Below are positions 54,100 through 63,775 of a stretch of DNA of 64,000 nt, one piece after another. Numbering within the stretch: the stretch's first letter is position 1; every line of letters starts with the position of its first letter. The translations under genes and the position numbers were made by a program. Under the pieces are notes generated by a model that was given only the letters and a program-made list of their open reading frames with translations, was not told the origin of the DNA and did no database searches. The DNA is from Candidatus Rokuibacteriota bacterium. GTDB taxonomy: Bacteria; Methylomirabilota; Methylomirabilia; Rokubacteriales; CSP1-6. The stretch lies in the NCBI GenBank assembly GCA_023248995.1, contig JAHFDN010000007.1:3980-67979 (forward strand), given 5' to 3'.

Positions 54100-54753
54100 C
54101 TACGCCACCGCCAGGTACCGCCCGAGCCGCTGGCGCAGGAACAGTCGCGAGCGGTGAACCCGCGACTTGACCGCAGGCAGGCTGATCCCGAGCGATCGCG
54201 CGATCTCGCGGTTGGGCATGCCCTCGACGTCGTGCAGGAGGAACGCCGTCCGGTAGTCCGCGGGCAGGGCCTCGACGGCGGCCGCCAGGACGTCCCGGAG
54301 TTCACTGTGGAGGACCGGCTCTTCCGCCTTCCCCGACCAGTCCTCGACTGGCTCGACGTGACGCCCGGCCTCGGTGAACTGGGGCAGGAGCGCCTCCCAC
54401 GAGATTTCCGCGTGGTCCCGGCCGCGCCGCCCCCGGAGCTTCTGGTAGGCGGTGTTGGCGGTGATCCGGTAGAGCCAGCTCCCGAAGGCCGACTCCCCCT
54501 TGAACATCCCGATCTTCCGCGCCGCCGTCCAGAGCGCGTCCTGCGCGACCTCCTCGGCATCCTCGCGATTGCCGGTGATCCTGAACGCCAGCCGGTACGC
54601 ACGGTCGCCGTACTCGCGCACGAGCCCCTCGGCAGCATCGCGGTCTCCGCCCCGGAGCTGCCGCACCAAAGCCTCGTCGCGATCGCGTTTGGCTCGTTCC
54701 CGTACCGCACCCCGTGGCATCCCTCGATCCTCCAGCACCAGCGTGCTCATCAC
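54100..54753 (-). CDS. ECF-subfamily RNA polymerase sigma-70 factor
   Basis: Region 2 (..YRLAFRITGNREDAEEVAQDALW..) and region 4 (..LPADYRTAFLLHDVEGMPNREIARSLGISLPAVKSR..). Confidence 0.85.
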   Translation of the reverse strand: MMSTLVLEDRGMPRGAVRERAKRDRDEALVRQLRGGDRDAAEGLVREYGDRAYRLAFRITGNREDAEEVAQDALWTAARKIGMFKGESAFGSWLYRITANTAYQKLRGRRGRDHAEISWEALLPQFTEAGRHVEPVEDWSGKAEEPVLHSELRDVLAAAVEALPADYRTAFLLHDVEGMPNREIARSLGISLPAVKSRVHRSRLFLRQRLGRYLAVA

Positions 54754-55367
54754 CGCGGCCCCCTCGTGTAGAGCAACAGGTGCGCCTTGAGTTCACCGAC
54801 GCACGCTTCCATGATTTGAATGTCCTTGGTGACCTTCGTCAGGAGGATGGCGCCCTCGAGCCCCGCGACGAGGAAATACGCGAGGACCGCCGGATCACAC
54901 TCCGGTCCGAGGCTCTCCTGGGCCTGAGCCTCAGCGAGCGCGTCGGTCAACCGCGCCCGCCAGCGGGTGAAAATCTCGGCCAGGCGCTGGCGAAACCCTT
55001 CGTGCACGTCCGACAACTCGGAGGCCAGGTTGCCCATGGGGCACCCGCCCACGCAGTTCCGCTGCCGCTGCGCCTCGAGGACGCGGTCGAAAAAGCACCG
55101 GACCCGGTCCAGCGGAGCGACGGTGCCATCGGAAAAGCAGGGCTCGAGGGTCCGCTCCACGAACCCCAGGATGATCCGGTCGAGCATCGCGTAGCCGAGC
55201 TCTTCCTTGCTCTTGAAGTAGTAGTAGAAGTTCCCCTTGCCGACCCCGCTCGCCCGCAGCACGTCATCCAGAGAGGTCGAGTGATACCCCTTGAGCGTCA
55301 TGAGGCGACTGGCCGCATGCAGGATGTGCTCCCGGGTCGCGTTGGGGGTCTTCGTGGCCGAAGTCAT
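54750..55367 (-). CDS. TetR/AcrR-family transcriptional regulator
   Basis: N-terminal HTH ..TREHILHAASRLMTLKGYHSTSLDDVLRASGVGKGNFYYYF.. Stop overlaps the sigma factor start. Confidence 0.85.
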   Translation of the reverse strand: MTSATKTPNATREHILHAASRLMTLKGYHSTSLDDVLRASGVGKGNFYYYFKSKEELGYAMLDRIILGFVERTLEPCFSDGTVAPLDRVRCFFDRVLEAQRQRNCVGGCPMGNLASELSDVHEGFRQRLAEIFTRWRARLTDALAEAQAQESLGPECDPAVLAYFLVAGLEGAILLTKVTKDIQIMEACVGELKAHLLLYTRGPR

Positions 55368-55373
55368 CTGTCT

Positions 55374-55391
55374 GTACCAACTAGTCGGTAC
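55374..55391. promoter_or_regulatory. 18-bp near-perfect palindrome GTACCAACTAGTCGGTAC 7 bp upstream of the tetR ATG; candidate TetR operator
   Basis: The palindrome is seen directly. Its position overlapping the probable promoter/5' end of the TetR gene is typical of autoregulated TetR operators. Confidence 0.4.
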
Positions 55392-55452
55392 ATAACTTAG
55401 CCATTGGGATGCGACTTGTCAATCGAATGGTGCTCTGAGGCCCTAAGTGGGC

Positions 55453-56862
55453 CTAAAACAAGGCGTTGGCAACTCGGAGCGTCAACTCGACAAGGGGCTT
55501 GGGATAGACCCCGACGCCAACAACGCCCAGGGTGCAGATCAGAATGGCCAGGGCGAGCGGCGGGGAAACAGGAATCGGGCCAGACCGCCGGGGCGCGTCG
55601 ATGTACATCGGCCGGGCAAGCATCAGATAGTAAAAAAGAGCCACCACCGTCAAGATCGCCCCGAGCAGGACGAGCCCGTAGAGCCCGGCCTGGGCGGCCG
55701 CCCAGAACACGTAGAGCTTGGCCCAGAATCCCGCCACGAAGGGAATCCCCCCGAGCGAGAGGAGCGACAGCAGCATGGCCAGAGCCAAGAGCGGCGCGCG
55801 CTCGGCCAAACCCCTGAGGGCGTCCAGATGCACGGACCCCTCAGCCTGGGCCACGGCCTCCACGATCAAGAACGCGCCCATGTTCCCGAAGACGTAGGCG
55901 ACCAGATAGAACAGGACCATGGCGGTCCCCGAGGCCGAGACGGCGGCGAGCCCCACCAGCATGTAGCCGATGTGGGCGATCCCGGAGTAGGCGAGCAGCC
56001 GTTTGCTGTTGCGCTGGGGCAGCGCCATCAGGTTCCCCGCTGTCATCGTGATCGCGGCGAGCCCGGCCACGATCGGGATCCACAGCGCCACCCGGTCTCC
56101 CACGCCCTCCAGATAGACGCGGAAGATCGCGACGAACCCCGCGGCCTTCGGGGCCACGGAGAGCCAAGCGACGAACGGCGTGCTGGCGGCCTCGTACGTG
56201 TCCGGCACCCACATGTGGAACGGGAACGCGGCGATCTTGAACCCGAACCCGGCCAGGACGAGGAACATTCCAACGAGGAGGAGTGGTCCCGGGGCTCCAA
56301 GGGCCCGGGCGACACCGGCCAGGGCGGTCGTCCCCGCCGCGCCGTACACGAAGGAGAGCCCGTAGGCCAGGATGGCGGACGACACGGTACCGACGAGGAA
56401 GAACTTCAGCGCGGCCTCCACGGCGACGCTCTCGCGCTTGAGGAAGCCCGACAGGACGTAGAGGGGGATGGACATGAGCTCGAAGGCCACGAAGAGCAGG
56501 ATCAGCTCCCGCGCGCTCACTAGGACGAGCATGCCGAGCAGCGAGGCCAAGAGGAGGAGGTAGTACTCGGGCGCCCGGCGCCTGAACGCCGGGTCGGTGA
56601 GCGACAGGGACCCCAGGATCCCGATGAAGGTGGCCACGAGGAGGAGTTGCTTGGCGAAGAGCGCGAGACCATCCAGCACGAAGGCGTCGCCGGGAGCGGC
56701 CGGAGCGGGCTCGAGGAGAAACGATCCGACCGCCAGGGCCAGGACGCCGATGGCAGAGATCATCCCGGCGATCCGCCGAGCGTCATCTCGGGCGACGACG
56801 CCGACGACGAAGACTCCCAGCATCAGCGTGCTCAACCCGAGCTCCAGCCCGAGAGCACTCAT
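55453..56862 (-). CDS. nuoN: NADH-quinone oxidoreductase subunit N
   Basis: 14-TM antiporter-like subunit with the NuoN pattern. ATG at MSALGLEL overlaps the nuoM stop. Confidence 0.85.
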   Translation of the reverse strand: MSALGLELGLSTLMLGVFVVGVVARDDARRIAGMISAIGVLALAVGSFLLEPAPAAPGDAFVLDGLALFAKQLLLVATFIGILGSLSLTDPAFRRRAPEYYLLLLASLLGMLVLVSARELILLFVAFELMSIPLYVLSGFLKRESVAVEAALKFFLVGTVSSAILAYGLSFVYGAAGTTALAGVARALGAPGPLLLVGMFLVLAGFGFKIAAFPFHMWVPDTYEAASTPFVAWLSVAPKAAGFVAIFRVYLEGVGDRVALWIPIVAGLAAITMTAGNLMALPQRNSKRLLAYSGIAHIGYMLVGLAAVSASGTAMVLFYLVAYVFGNMGAFLIVEAVAQAEGSVHLDALRGLAERAPLLALAMLLSLLSLGGIPFVAGFWAKLYVFWAAAQAGLYGLVLLGAILTVVALFYYLMLARPMYIDAPRRSGPIPVSPPLALAILICTLGVVGVGVYPKPLVELTLRVANALF

Positions 56863-58406
56863 GGGAGGGCTCCGAGCCGCGCCAGCAGCGGAACCGTGGC
56901 CGTATCGATCGGGCCAAGGGCGATCCCCGGCGCCACGCCGAAGAGCACGATCACGAAGATGAGAAGCACCAGCGCCACCCACTCGGGCCCCCGGGCGTCT
57001 GGGAGATCGTGGAACTCGCCCCCGGCCGGCACCGCGCCCCAGAAGATCTGCTTCACCACGCGGAGGACGTAGATGGCGGTGAGGAAGGTCCCCGCGACCG
57101 CCGGGAAGAGCCACCAGGAGTGGGCCGAGCGCCAGGCGCCCAGGAAGGTCAGAAACTCGGCCACGAAGCCGGCCGTCGCCGGCAGTCCCAGCGAGGACAG
57201 CCCGCCGATCGTGAAGGCCGTGGCGATCCCCGGCATCATGCGGCCGAAGCCGCCCATCCGGAAGATCTCCCGCGAGTGCGCTTTCTCGTAGACGAGCCCG
57301 ACGAGGGCGAAAAAGAGCCCCGTCATGATCCCGTGGGCGAACATCTGGAAGACCGAGCCGTTCAGCCCCGCCTCGGTCAAGGTGGCCGCCCCGAGGAGAA
57401 CGATCCCCATGTGGGAGACGGAAGAATAGGCGATGACGTACTTCAGGTCGGTCTGAGCCATGGCCGAGAGCGCCCCATAGACGATGTTGATGGTGGCGAT
57501 CGTCCCCACGAGCGGCACCCAGTCGTGCGTGCCTTCGGGAAGAAGCCCCATCCCCAGCCGCACCACGCCGTAGGCGCCCAGCTTCATCAGCACGCCGGCG
57601 TGGAGCATGGAGACGGCCGTGGGAGCCGAGGCGTGGCCGTCAGGGGACCAGGTGTGGAGCGGCCAGATGCCCGCCAGGATTCCAAACCCGACGTAGAACA
57701 GCAGGAACACCCACCGCTGGAGCACCGGGTCGAAGGCGACACCCTCCATCTCGAGAAAGCTGAACGAGGCCCCACCGGCGGCCATATAGAGCGCCAGGAT
57801 CCCCACGAGGATGAAGGCCGACCCGAGGAGCAGGTAGAGGGTCAGCTTCATGGCGGCGTACTCCTTGGAGCCCACGCCAGTCTCGCGCATCGCCCAGCCG
57901 AAGAGACCCCGCGGACGGATCTGGGCCGACGACCCCCAGATACCGATCAGGAGGTACATGGGGAGGACGGCGAGTTCGTAGAACAGGAAGAAGACGAAAA
58001 GGTCCAAGGAGACGAAGACGCCGAAGACCCCCGTGACGAGGACCAGGAGCAGCGCGTAAAACTCCTGGCTCCGTGTCTCGACCGTCCAGGAGGCGAAGAC
58101 GCCCGCGAAGATGATGATGGCCGTGAGCAGGACCAGCACGAGGCCGATCCCGTCGGCCCCCACCTCGTAGGAAATGCCGAGGGGCGGCACCAGCGCGACC
58201 TTCTGGTAGAACTGAAAGCGCGCGGCGTCCACGTCCCCGTCGAAGCGGGCGTAGGCTACGAGCGACAGGAGCAGCGAGATGCCCGTCGCCACGGCCGCGA
58301 TCAGGCGCACCGCCCGCGGGCGGTGGCGGGCGGTGAACATGATGAGCAGCGCCCCCACGAAGGGCATCCAGGTGATCAGCGAGAGGATCCAGACGTTCAG
58401 GTCCAT
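56859..58406 (-). CDS. nuoM: NADH-quinone oxidoreductase subunit M
   Basis: ND4-like (..WLPDAM.. equivalent ..HTWSPDGHASAPTAVSMLHAGVLMKLG..). ATG at MDLNVWIL abuts the nuoL stop. Confidence 0.9.
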   Translation of the reverse strand: MDLNVWILSLITWMPFVGALLIMFTARHRPRAVRLIAAVATGISLLLSLVAYARFDGDVDAARFQFYQKVALVPPLGISYEVGADGIGLVLVLLTAIIIFAGVFASWTVETRSQEFYALLLVLVTGVFGVFVSLDLFVFFLFYELAVLPMYLLIGIWGSSAQIRPRGLFGWAMRETGVGSKEYAAMKLTLYLLLGSAFILVGILALYMAAGGASFSFLEMEGVAFDPVLQRWVFLLFYVGFGILAGIWPLHTWSPDGHASAPTAVSMLHAGVLMKLGAYGVVRLGMGLLPEGTHDWVPLVGTIATINIVYGALSAMAQTDLKYVIAYSSVSHMGIVLLGAATLTEAGLNGSVFQMFAHGIMTGLFFALVGLVYEKAHSREIFRMGGFGRMMPGIATAFTIGGLSSLGLPATAGFVAEFLTFLGAWRSAHSWWLFPAVAGTFLTAIYVLRVVKQIFWGAVPAGGEFHDLPDARGPEWVALVLLIFVIVLFGVAPGIALGPIDTATVPLLARLGALP

Positions 58407-60226
58407 CAGGGCCAGTAGCTCCACACGATCACGAGGAGGAGCCCGAAGGCGACGCCATAGAGGTAGTCCTGAGCGCGGCCGGTCTGGATCCGCCGGAGGC
58501 GGTCGCCTACCCTCAGGGTCCACGCGCTGGCCCAATTCACGAGGCCATCGACCAGGTAACGATCCACCCACCCCACCAAGCGCGAGAGCGCGAGGAAGCC
58601 TCCCCGGTAGACGGCACCGTAGAAGTCGTCGAGCCAGAACTTGCGCTGGGCGGCGGTATAGAGCGGGGCGAAGATCCGCGCCAGCGTCTCGGCGCTGACG
58701 GCCTGCTTCTGGTACGTGACCCAGGCACAGACGATCCCCGCCACGGCCAGCGCGGACGAGACCCACGGAATCCACCCCGGGCCGTGGCCTTCCTGTCCGC
58801 CCCCACGGAGCGCGAAGTAGCCGCCGACGCCCACGGTCAGCCCCGCTAGAGTCCAGAGCGGCAGGCTCATGGACACCGGCGGATCGTGGGGATGTCCCTC
58901 CGCGCGACCAGCACCGAAGAAGACCAGGAAGACGACGCGAAACATGTAGAAGGCCGTGAGGAAGACCGTGAGCGCGAGCATCAGGAAGGGAACCGTGAGC
59001 CCCCCTTCCCAGACGCCGGCCAGGACGGCGTCCTTGGAGAAGAAGCCGGCCAAGGGCCAGATCCCCGCCAGGGCCAGGGTTCCCACGAGAAAAACGATCG
59101 CGGTCTGGGGCATGGCGCCGCCGAGGCGCCCCATCCTCCAGACGTCGTTGGTGCCAACGGCATGGATCACCGCGCCCGCGCCGAGGAACAGGAGCGCCTT
59201 GAAGAGGCCGTGGGTCAGGAGGTGGAAGAACCCCGCCCCGAGGGCGCCCGCGCCCAGCGCCGCCATCATGTAGCCCAGCTGCGAGACCGTCGAGTACGCG
59301 AGAACGCGCTTGATGTCAGCCTGGACCAGCCCGAGCACCGCCGCCAGCAGCGCGGTGAACGCGCCCACCCAGCCGATCAGCGCCAGGACGTCGGGGGTCA
59401 GGAGGAAGAGCGGATAGGCGCGGGTGACCAGGTACACGCCCGCGGCCACCATCGTCGCCGCGTGGATGAGGGCGGAGACGGGCGTCGGTCCCTCCATCGC
59501 GTCGGGAAGCCAGACGTGGAGGGGAAACTGGGCGCTCTTGCCCACGGCCCCGAGGTAGATGAGGAACATGACGAGCCCGAGCCCGTCGGGCGCCAGAGTC
59601 CCGTCCCCCGCCATCTTGAAGAGCTCGGAGAAGGTGAAGGTCCCGGCGCGCCCCCACAGGAGTACGATGCCGATGATAAAGCCGAGATCGCCGACCTTCG
59701 TCGTCCAGAACGCCTTCACCGCGGCGCGCGCCGCCTCGGGCTTGTCGTACCAGAAGCCGATCAGGAGGTACGAGCAGAGCCCCACCAGCTCCCAGAAGAT
59801 GAACATCTGGAGGAAGTTCCCCGCAAGGACCAGGCCGATCATCGAGACGGCGAAGAGCGAGTGGTAGGCGTAGTAGCGCCCGAGCGCCGGCCCCGTCTCG
59901 TGCTCCAGGTACCCGAGCGAGTAGAGCTGGACCAGGAACGAAACCAGGGCCACCAGGACGAGCATCACCGCCGCCACCGGGTCCACCAGGATCCCGACGG
60001 TGGCCATGGGTCCGCCCTCGGCGGGAAGCCAGCTCCACGCGAGCTCCACCCCCTGCCCGGAGCGCCAGAGGACCAGCGCCGCGACGAGAGCCCCTCCGAT
60101 CGCGGCGATGCCGAGCGCCCCGGCGGCCTTCCCGGCCCGACGCAACGGCGCCACCACCGCGAGGAGAACGAAGGCGCAAAGAGGGAGCCCGAGGGCCGCC
60201 AGAGCCAGCGTGCCGGCGTCGTTCAT
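58406..60226 (-). CDS. nuoL: NADH-quinone oxidoreductase subunit L
   Basis: ND5-like, about 606 aa (..HVWLPDAMEGPTPVSALIHAATMVAAGVYL..). ATG at MNDAGTL. Confidence 0.9.
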   Translation of the reverse strand: MNDAGTLALAALGLPLCAFVLLAVVAPLRRAGKAAGALGIAAIGGALVAALVLWRSGQGVELAWSWLPAEGGPMATVGILVDPVAAVMLVLVALVSFLVQLYSLGYLEHETGPALGRYYAYHSLFAVSMIGLVLAGNFLQMFIFWELVGLCSYLLIGFWYDKPEAARAAVKAFWTTKVGDLGFIIGIVLLWGRAGTFTFSELFKMAGDGTLAPDGLGLVMFLIYLGAVGKSAQFPLHVWLPDAMEGPTPVSALIHAATMVAAGVYLVTRAYPLFLLTPDVLALIGWVGAFTALLAAVLGLVQADIKRVLAYSTVSQLGYMMAALGAGALGAGFFHLLTHGLFKALLFLGAGAVIHAVGTNDVWRMGRLGGAMPQTAIVFLVGTLALAGIWPLAGFFSKDAVLAGVWEGGLTVPFLMLALTVFLTAFYMFRVVFLVFFGAGRAEGHPHDPPVSMSLPLWTLAGLTVGVGGYFALRGGGQEGHGPGWIPWVSSALAVAGIVCAWVTYQKQAVSAETLARIFAPLYTAAQRKFWLDDFYGAVYRGGFLALSRLVGWVDRYLVDGLVNWASAWTLRVGDRLRRIQTGRAQDYLYGVAFGLLLVIVWSYWP

Positions 60227-60230
60227 AACC

Positions 60231-60307
60231 CCTCGGAGGGGGGCTCCGCCCCCCTTCCGACGCCTCCCCCACGGGATTGCGCGGGCAAAGCCCGCGCTCG
60301 AACGGCC
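60231..60307. repeat. GC-rich intergenic repeat element, copy C (between nuoK2 stop and nuoL start)
   Basis: CCTCGGAGGGGGGGCTCCGCCCCCCTTCCGACGCCTCCCCCACGGGATTGCGCGGGCAAAGCCCGCGCTCGAACGGCC. Confidence 0.75.
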
Positions 60308-60333
60308 GCGAACCAGCGTGTCATGGAGGTGCG

Positions 60334-60633
60334 CTAGCCCTTCAGCAAGTCCAGGCGATCCGCTTCCACCGTGCGCCGGACCCGGAAGATCAGAATGACG
60401 ATGGCGAGTCCCAGGGCGACCTCGGCCACGGTGATGGAAATGGTGAAGAGCGCGAAGATCAGGCCCGCCGGGTCCGCGGCGTAGCGGGCGAAGGCGACCA
60501 GGTTCACGTTGACCGCGTTCAGCATCAGCTCGATCCCGAGGAGGATCCCGATGGCGTTCCGCCGGGTCAGGACGCCGAAGAGCCCGATGGCGAAGAGGCA
60601 GGCGGCCAGGAGCAAGTAGGGCTGGAGCCCCAT
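60334..60633 (-). CDS. nuoK: NADH-quinone oxidoreductase subunit K (copy 2)
   Basis: 100 aa (..RRNAIGILLGIELMLNAVNVNLVAFA..). Confidence 0.85.
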   Translation of the reverse strand: MGLQPYLLLAACLFAIGLFGVLTRRNAIGILLGIELMLNAVNVNLVAFARYAADPAGLIFALFTISITVAEVALGLAIVILIFRVRRTVEADRLDLLKG

Positions 60634-61127
60634 CACTCCTCCTTCCGCGCGAAGAAGAGGGCGCCCAGGAGCGCCGCGAGGAAGACCACGGCCAGGAGCT
60701 CGAAGGGCAGGACGTAGCGCGTGAGGAGATTGCGACCAATGGCCTCGGTCAGATCGCCCGCCACGGGGGGGGCGGCGTGGGGGAGCGGCGCCCGCATCAC
60801 GAAGAGGCCGATCGCGATCAGGACGGCAAGGGAGACGAGCCCGCCGGCGGCGACCCCGCGGTTGGTCTGGTTGAGCCGCTCCCCGACGAGCCGCTCGGTC
60901 ACGACGATGGCGAAGACCACGATGGTGATCACACCGCCCGCGTACAGGAGGATCTGGACCGCGGCCAGGAACTCGGCGTGGAGGAGGAGGAACACGCCGG
61001 CGGTGGCCACCAGCGCCAGGGCCAGGTAGAGGACCGAGTGAAAGAGGTTCTTGGAGAGCACGACGGCGAGACTGGAGGCCAGGAGCACGAGGGCCAGCCC
61101 CCAGAAGCCCGCCGCCTCGAGGCTCAC
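60633..61127 (-). CDS. nuoJ: NADH-quinone oxidoreductase subunit J (copy 2)
   Basis: ..LLLHAEFLAAVQILLYAGGVITIVVFAIVV..; GTG start. Confidence 0.8.
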   Translation of the reverse strand: MSLEAAGFWGLALVLLASSLAVVLSKNLFHSVLYLALALVATAGVFLLLHAEFLAAVQILLYAGGVITIVVFAIVVTERLVGERLNQTNRGVAAGGLVSLAVLIAIGLFVMRAPLPHAAPPVAGDLTEAIGRNLLTRYVLPFELLAVVFLAALLGALFFARKEE

Positions 61128-61654
61128 TCCTTGGCCTCTCCCTTGGCCGCCTTGGGCGGGGCCTGCATGTCACGCAGCCTGGTCCCGGTGGCCCAGGAGG
61201 GCTGGAACTCTTTGCCCAGGGCGTGGAGGCGATCCTTGTCGAGCAGGAGCTCCCGGCGGTCCGACGTCGCCAGGTCGAACGTCTTCAGCATGATGATGGC
61301 ATCCGTGGGGCACACCTGCACGCAGAGCTCGCAGAACTCGCAGGCGTAGAGTTCGAGCGTGAACGTCTTGGCGTAATTCCGCTTCTCCGCCTTCAACATC
61401 TCCACCTGGATGACCTGCGGCGGGCAGACGTACTCGCAGAGCCGGCAGCCGATGCAGTTCTCCTCGCCGGTCTCGGGATCGTAGGTGAGCGCCAGGAGGC
61501 CCCGGAGGCGGTCGGGGTACGGGCGCACGACGTCCGGGTAGTGGACCGTCACCGGCTTGCGGAAGAGGTTTTTCAGGGTGATGCCCATGGCCCGGGCCAC
61601 CGCGCCCGCCGTCTGCCAGGTCTCCTGCCAGAATCCCATCCCGTTACGCGACAT
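61124..61654 (-). CDS. nuoI: NADH-quinone oxidoreductase subunit I (copy 2)
   Basis: CIGCRLCEYVCP and CEFCELCVQVCP ferredoxin motifs. Confidence 0.9.
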   Translation of the reverse strand: MSRNGMGFWQETWQTAGAVARAMGITLKNLFRKPVTVHYPDVVRPYPDRLRGLLALTYDPETGEENCIGCRLCEYVCPPQVIQVEMLKAEKRNYAKTFTLELYACEFCELCVQVCPTDAIIMLKTFDLATSDRRELLLDKDRLHALGKEFQPSWATGTRLRDMQAPPKAAKGEAKE

Positions 61655-62612
61655 GGCCGCTCCGGAGCGCCACCCAGAAGCCCGTGGCCATGAGGAGCGC
61701 CAGCGTGGCCGGGAGCAACACCTTCCAGGAGAGCCCCAGGATCTGGTCCACGCGGATCCGGACGAAGCTCCACCGGACCCAGGTCACCAGGAGGAAGATG
61801 AAGAGCGCCTTCAGGAGGAACCAGACGGGGCCGGGGAGCCCCGGCCCGAGCCAGCCGCCGAGGAAGAGCAGCGCACCGAGGCAGGACACGCCGAACATGT
61901 GCGTGTACTCGGCGAGCTGGATCAGCGCGAACTTCATGCCGCTGTACTCCACGCGAAAGCCGGCGACCAACTCCGACTCGGCCTCGAGAATGTCGAAGGG
62001 CACCCGGTTCTCCGAGGCGATCGTCGCCAGGAGGAACATCACGAACGCCAGCTGGCCGATGACCGGATAGGCCACGAACCAGAGCCCCCGCTGAGCCTCG
62101 ACGATCAGCGAGAGCTTGAGCGAGCCGGCCAGGAGGACCGGGATCAGCGCGGTCAGGACGAAGGGGACCTCGTAGGAGATGATCTGGTTGACCGCGCGCA
62201 TCGCGGAGAGGAGCGCGTACTTGTTGTTGGACCCCCAGCCGCCCATGAAGAGCCCGACGATCTCCAGCGACGACACGGCCAGGAAGAAGAGGAGCCCGAT
62301 GTTCAGGTCCGCGAGCCCCAGCCCCGGCGCGAAGGGGACGGTGGCGAAGATGAGGAACGACGGGATCAGGAAGACGATCGGCGCCAGGTTGTAGACCGGC
62401 CGGTCCGCGAGGGCCGGGACGATGTCTTCCTTGATCAGCAGCTTGAGCGCGTCGGCGATCGGCTGGAGCCACCCGTGCGGTCGGCCCACGCGGTAGGGCC
62501 CGATGCGCGACTGCATGCGGGCGGCGAACTTCCGCTCGACGTAGGTGAGGTAGGTGACGATGAGGACGATCGCGTTGAGAAGAACGAACGCGGTGATGAC
62601 GTGGCGGATCAT
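61644..62612 (-). CDS. nuoH: NADH-quinone oxidoreductase subunit H (copy 2)
   Basis: ..YVERKFAARMQSRIGPYRVG..; ..EAESELVAGFRVEYSGMKFA.. ATG overlaps the nuoD2 stop. Confidence 0.9.
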   Translation of the reverse strand: MIRHVITAFVLLNAIVLIVTYLTYVERKFAARMQSRIGPYRVGRPHGWLQPIADALKLLIKEDIVPALADRPVYNLAPIVFLIPSFLIFATVPFAPGLGLADLNIGLLFFLAVSSLEIVGLFMGGWGSNNKYALLSAMRAVNQIISYEVPFVLTALIPVLLAGSLKLSLIVEAQRGLWFVAYPVIGQLAFVMFLLATIASENRVPFDILEAESELVAGFRVEYSGMKFALIQLAEYTHMFGVSCLGALLFLGGWLGPGLPGPVWFLLKALFIFLLVTWVRWSFVRIRVDQILGLSWKVLLPATLALLMATGFWVALRSGHVA

Positions 62613-63772
62613 CGGTCCACTTCTCCGAAGACCGGATCCACCGAGCCCATGATCGCGACCACGTCCGCCACCTTGTGGCCCGGCACGATGTGGGGCAGGA
62701 TGGAAAGGTTCGAGAAGGAGGCCCCGCGCCACTTCATCCGGTACGGCTTGGGGCCGCCGTCGGCGATCAGGTAGCATCCCACCTCACCCCGCGGCCCCTC
62801 CACGCGGGCGTAGGCCTCGCCCTTCGGGATCCGCACCTGCCCCACCGACTTGAGCCCCGGCCGGGAGGAGATGGGCCCCGCGGGGAGCCCGTCGAGAACC
62901 TGGCGGACGATCTTGATGGACTCCCGGAACTCCTGCATCCGCACGCGGTAGCGCGCGTAGCAGTCGCCCGCCGCCTCCACCGGAATCTTGAAGTCGAAGT
63001 CGGGGTAGGACGAGTACGGATCGTCGCGCCGGGCGTCGAAGTCCACGTCGGACCCGCGCAGCAGGGGTCCCGCGACGCCGACCTCCTGGGCGAGCTCCCT
63101 CGAAATCACGCCCACCCCCTGGGAGCGCACCAGGAAGGGCGTGTTGGCTTCGAGCATGCTCTCGTACTCGTCGATCCGCCGGTCGATGTGGTCCACCGTC
63201 TCGCGGCAGTGCTTCGCCCAGCCCTCCGGCAGGTCGTAGCGGGTGCCGCCCACCTGGTGGAAGCCGTAGAGGAGCCGGGCGCCCGTCAGGGCCTCGAACA
63301 GGTCCAGTACCATTTCGCGCTCGCGAAAACAGTAGAGAAACACCGTGGCGCCGCCGCCGAGCGCGCCGCCCATGTCCAGGCACCACGTCCCGAGCCAGAG
63401 GCAGTGGGAGGCGATCCGCTGGAGCTCGCCGACGAGGACCCGCAGGTACTGGGCCCGCTTGGGCACCTCGATCTTCCCGATCTTCTCGGCCGCCAGCACG
63501 TAGGCGAGCTCTGAGGTCATCGCCGCCACGTAGTCGGTCTTAGAGGCGATCGAGGGGTACTGGGCGTAGGTGAGGGTCTCGCCGAGCTTCTCGTGGCACC
63601 GGTGGAGGTAGCCGATCACCGAATCCATCGCGACAATGGTCTCGCCCTCGAGGGTCAGGATCATCCGGAAAACCCCGTGGGCGGAGGGGTGCTGGGGCCC
63701 CATGTTCATCACGAGGCGCTCGTTCCCCCCGTAGCCGAGCTCGATGACCTTGCGGGCTTCCAGATCCGCCAT
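62609..63772 (-). CDS. nuoD: NADH-quinone oxidoreductase subunit D (copy 2, 387 aa)
   Basis: ..NMGPQHPSAHGVFRM..; ..GVDPVFGEVDR C-terminus. Confidence 0.9.
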   Translation of the reverse strand: MADLEARKVIELGYGGNERLVMNMGPQHPSAHGVFRMILTLEGETIVAMDSVIGYLHRCHEKLGETLTYAQYPSIASKTDYVAAMTSELAYVLAAEKIGKIEVPKRAQYLRVLVGELQRIASHCLWLGTWCLDMGGALGGGATVFLYCFREREMVLDLFEALTGARLLYGFHQVGGTRYDLPEGWAKHCRETVDHIDRRIDEYESMLEANTPFLVRSQGVGVISRELAQEVGVAGPLLRGSDVDFDARRDDPYSSYPDFDFKIPVEAAGDCYARYRVRMQEFRESIKIVRQVLDGLPAGPISSRPGLKSVGQVRIPKGEAYARVEGPRGEVGCYLIADGGPKPYRMKWRGASFSNLSILPHIVPGHKVADVVAIMGSVDPVFGEVDR

Positions 63773-63775
63773 GGC

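Noticed and set aside
55438-55455. Hairpin GGCCC-TAAGT-GGGCC overlapping the nuoN stop as a terminator of nuo cluster 2
   Set aside because: No U-tract follows on the transcribed (minus) strand. The stem is only 5 bp. It may be incidental.
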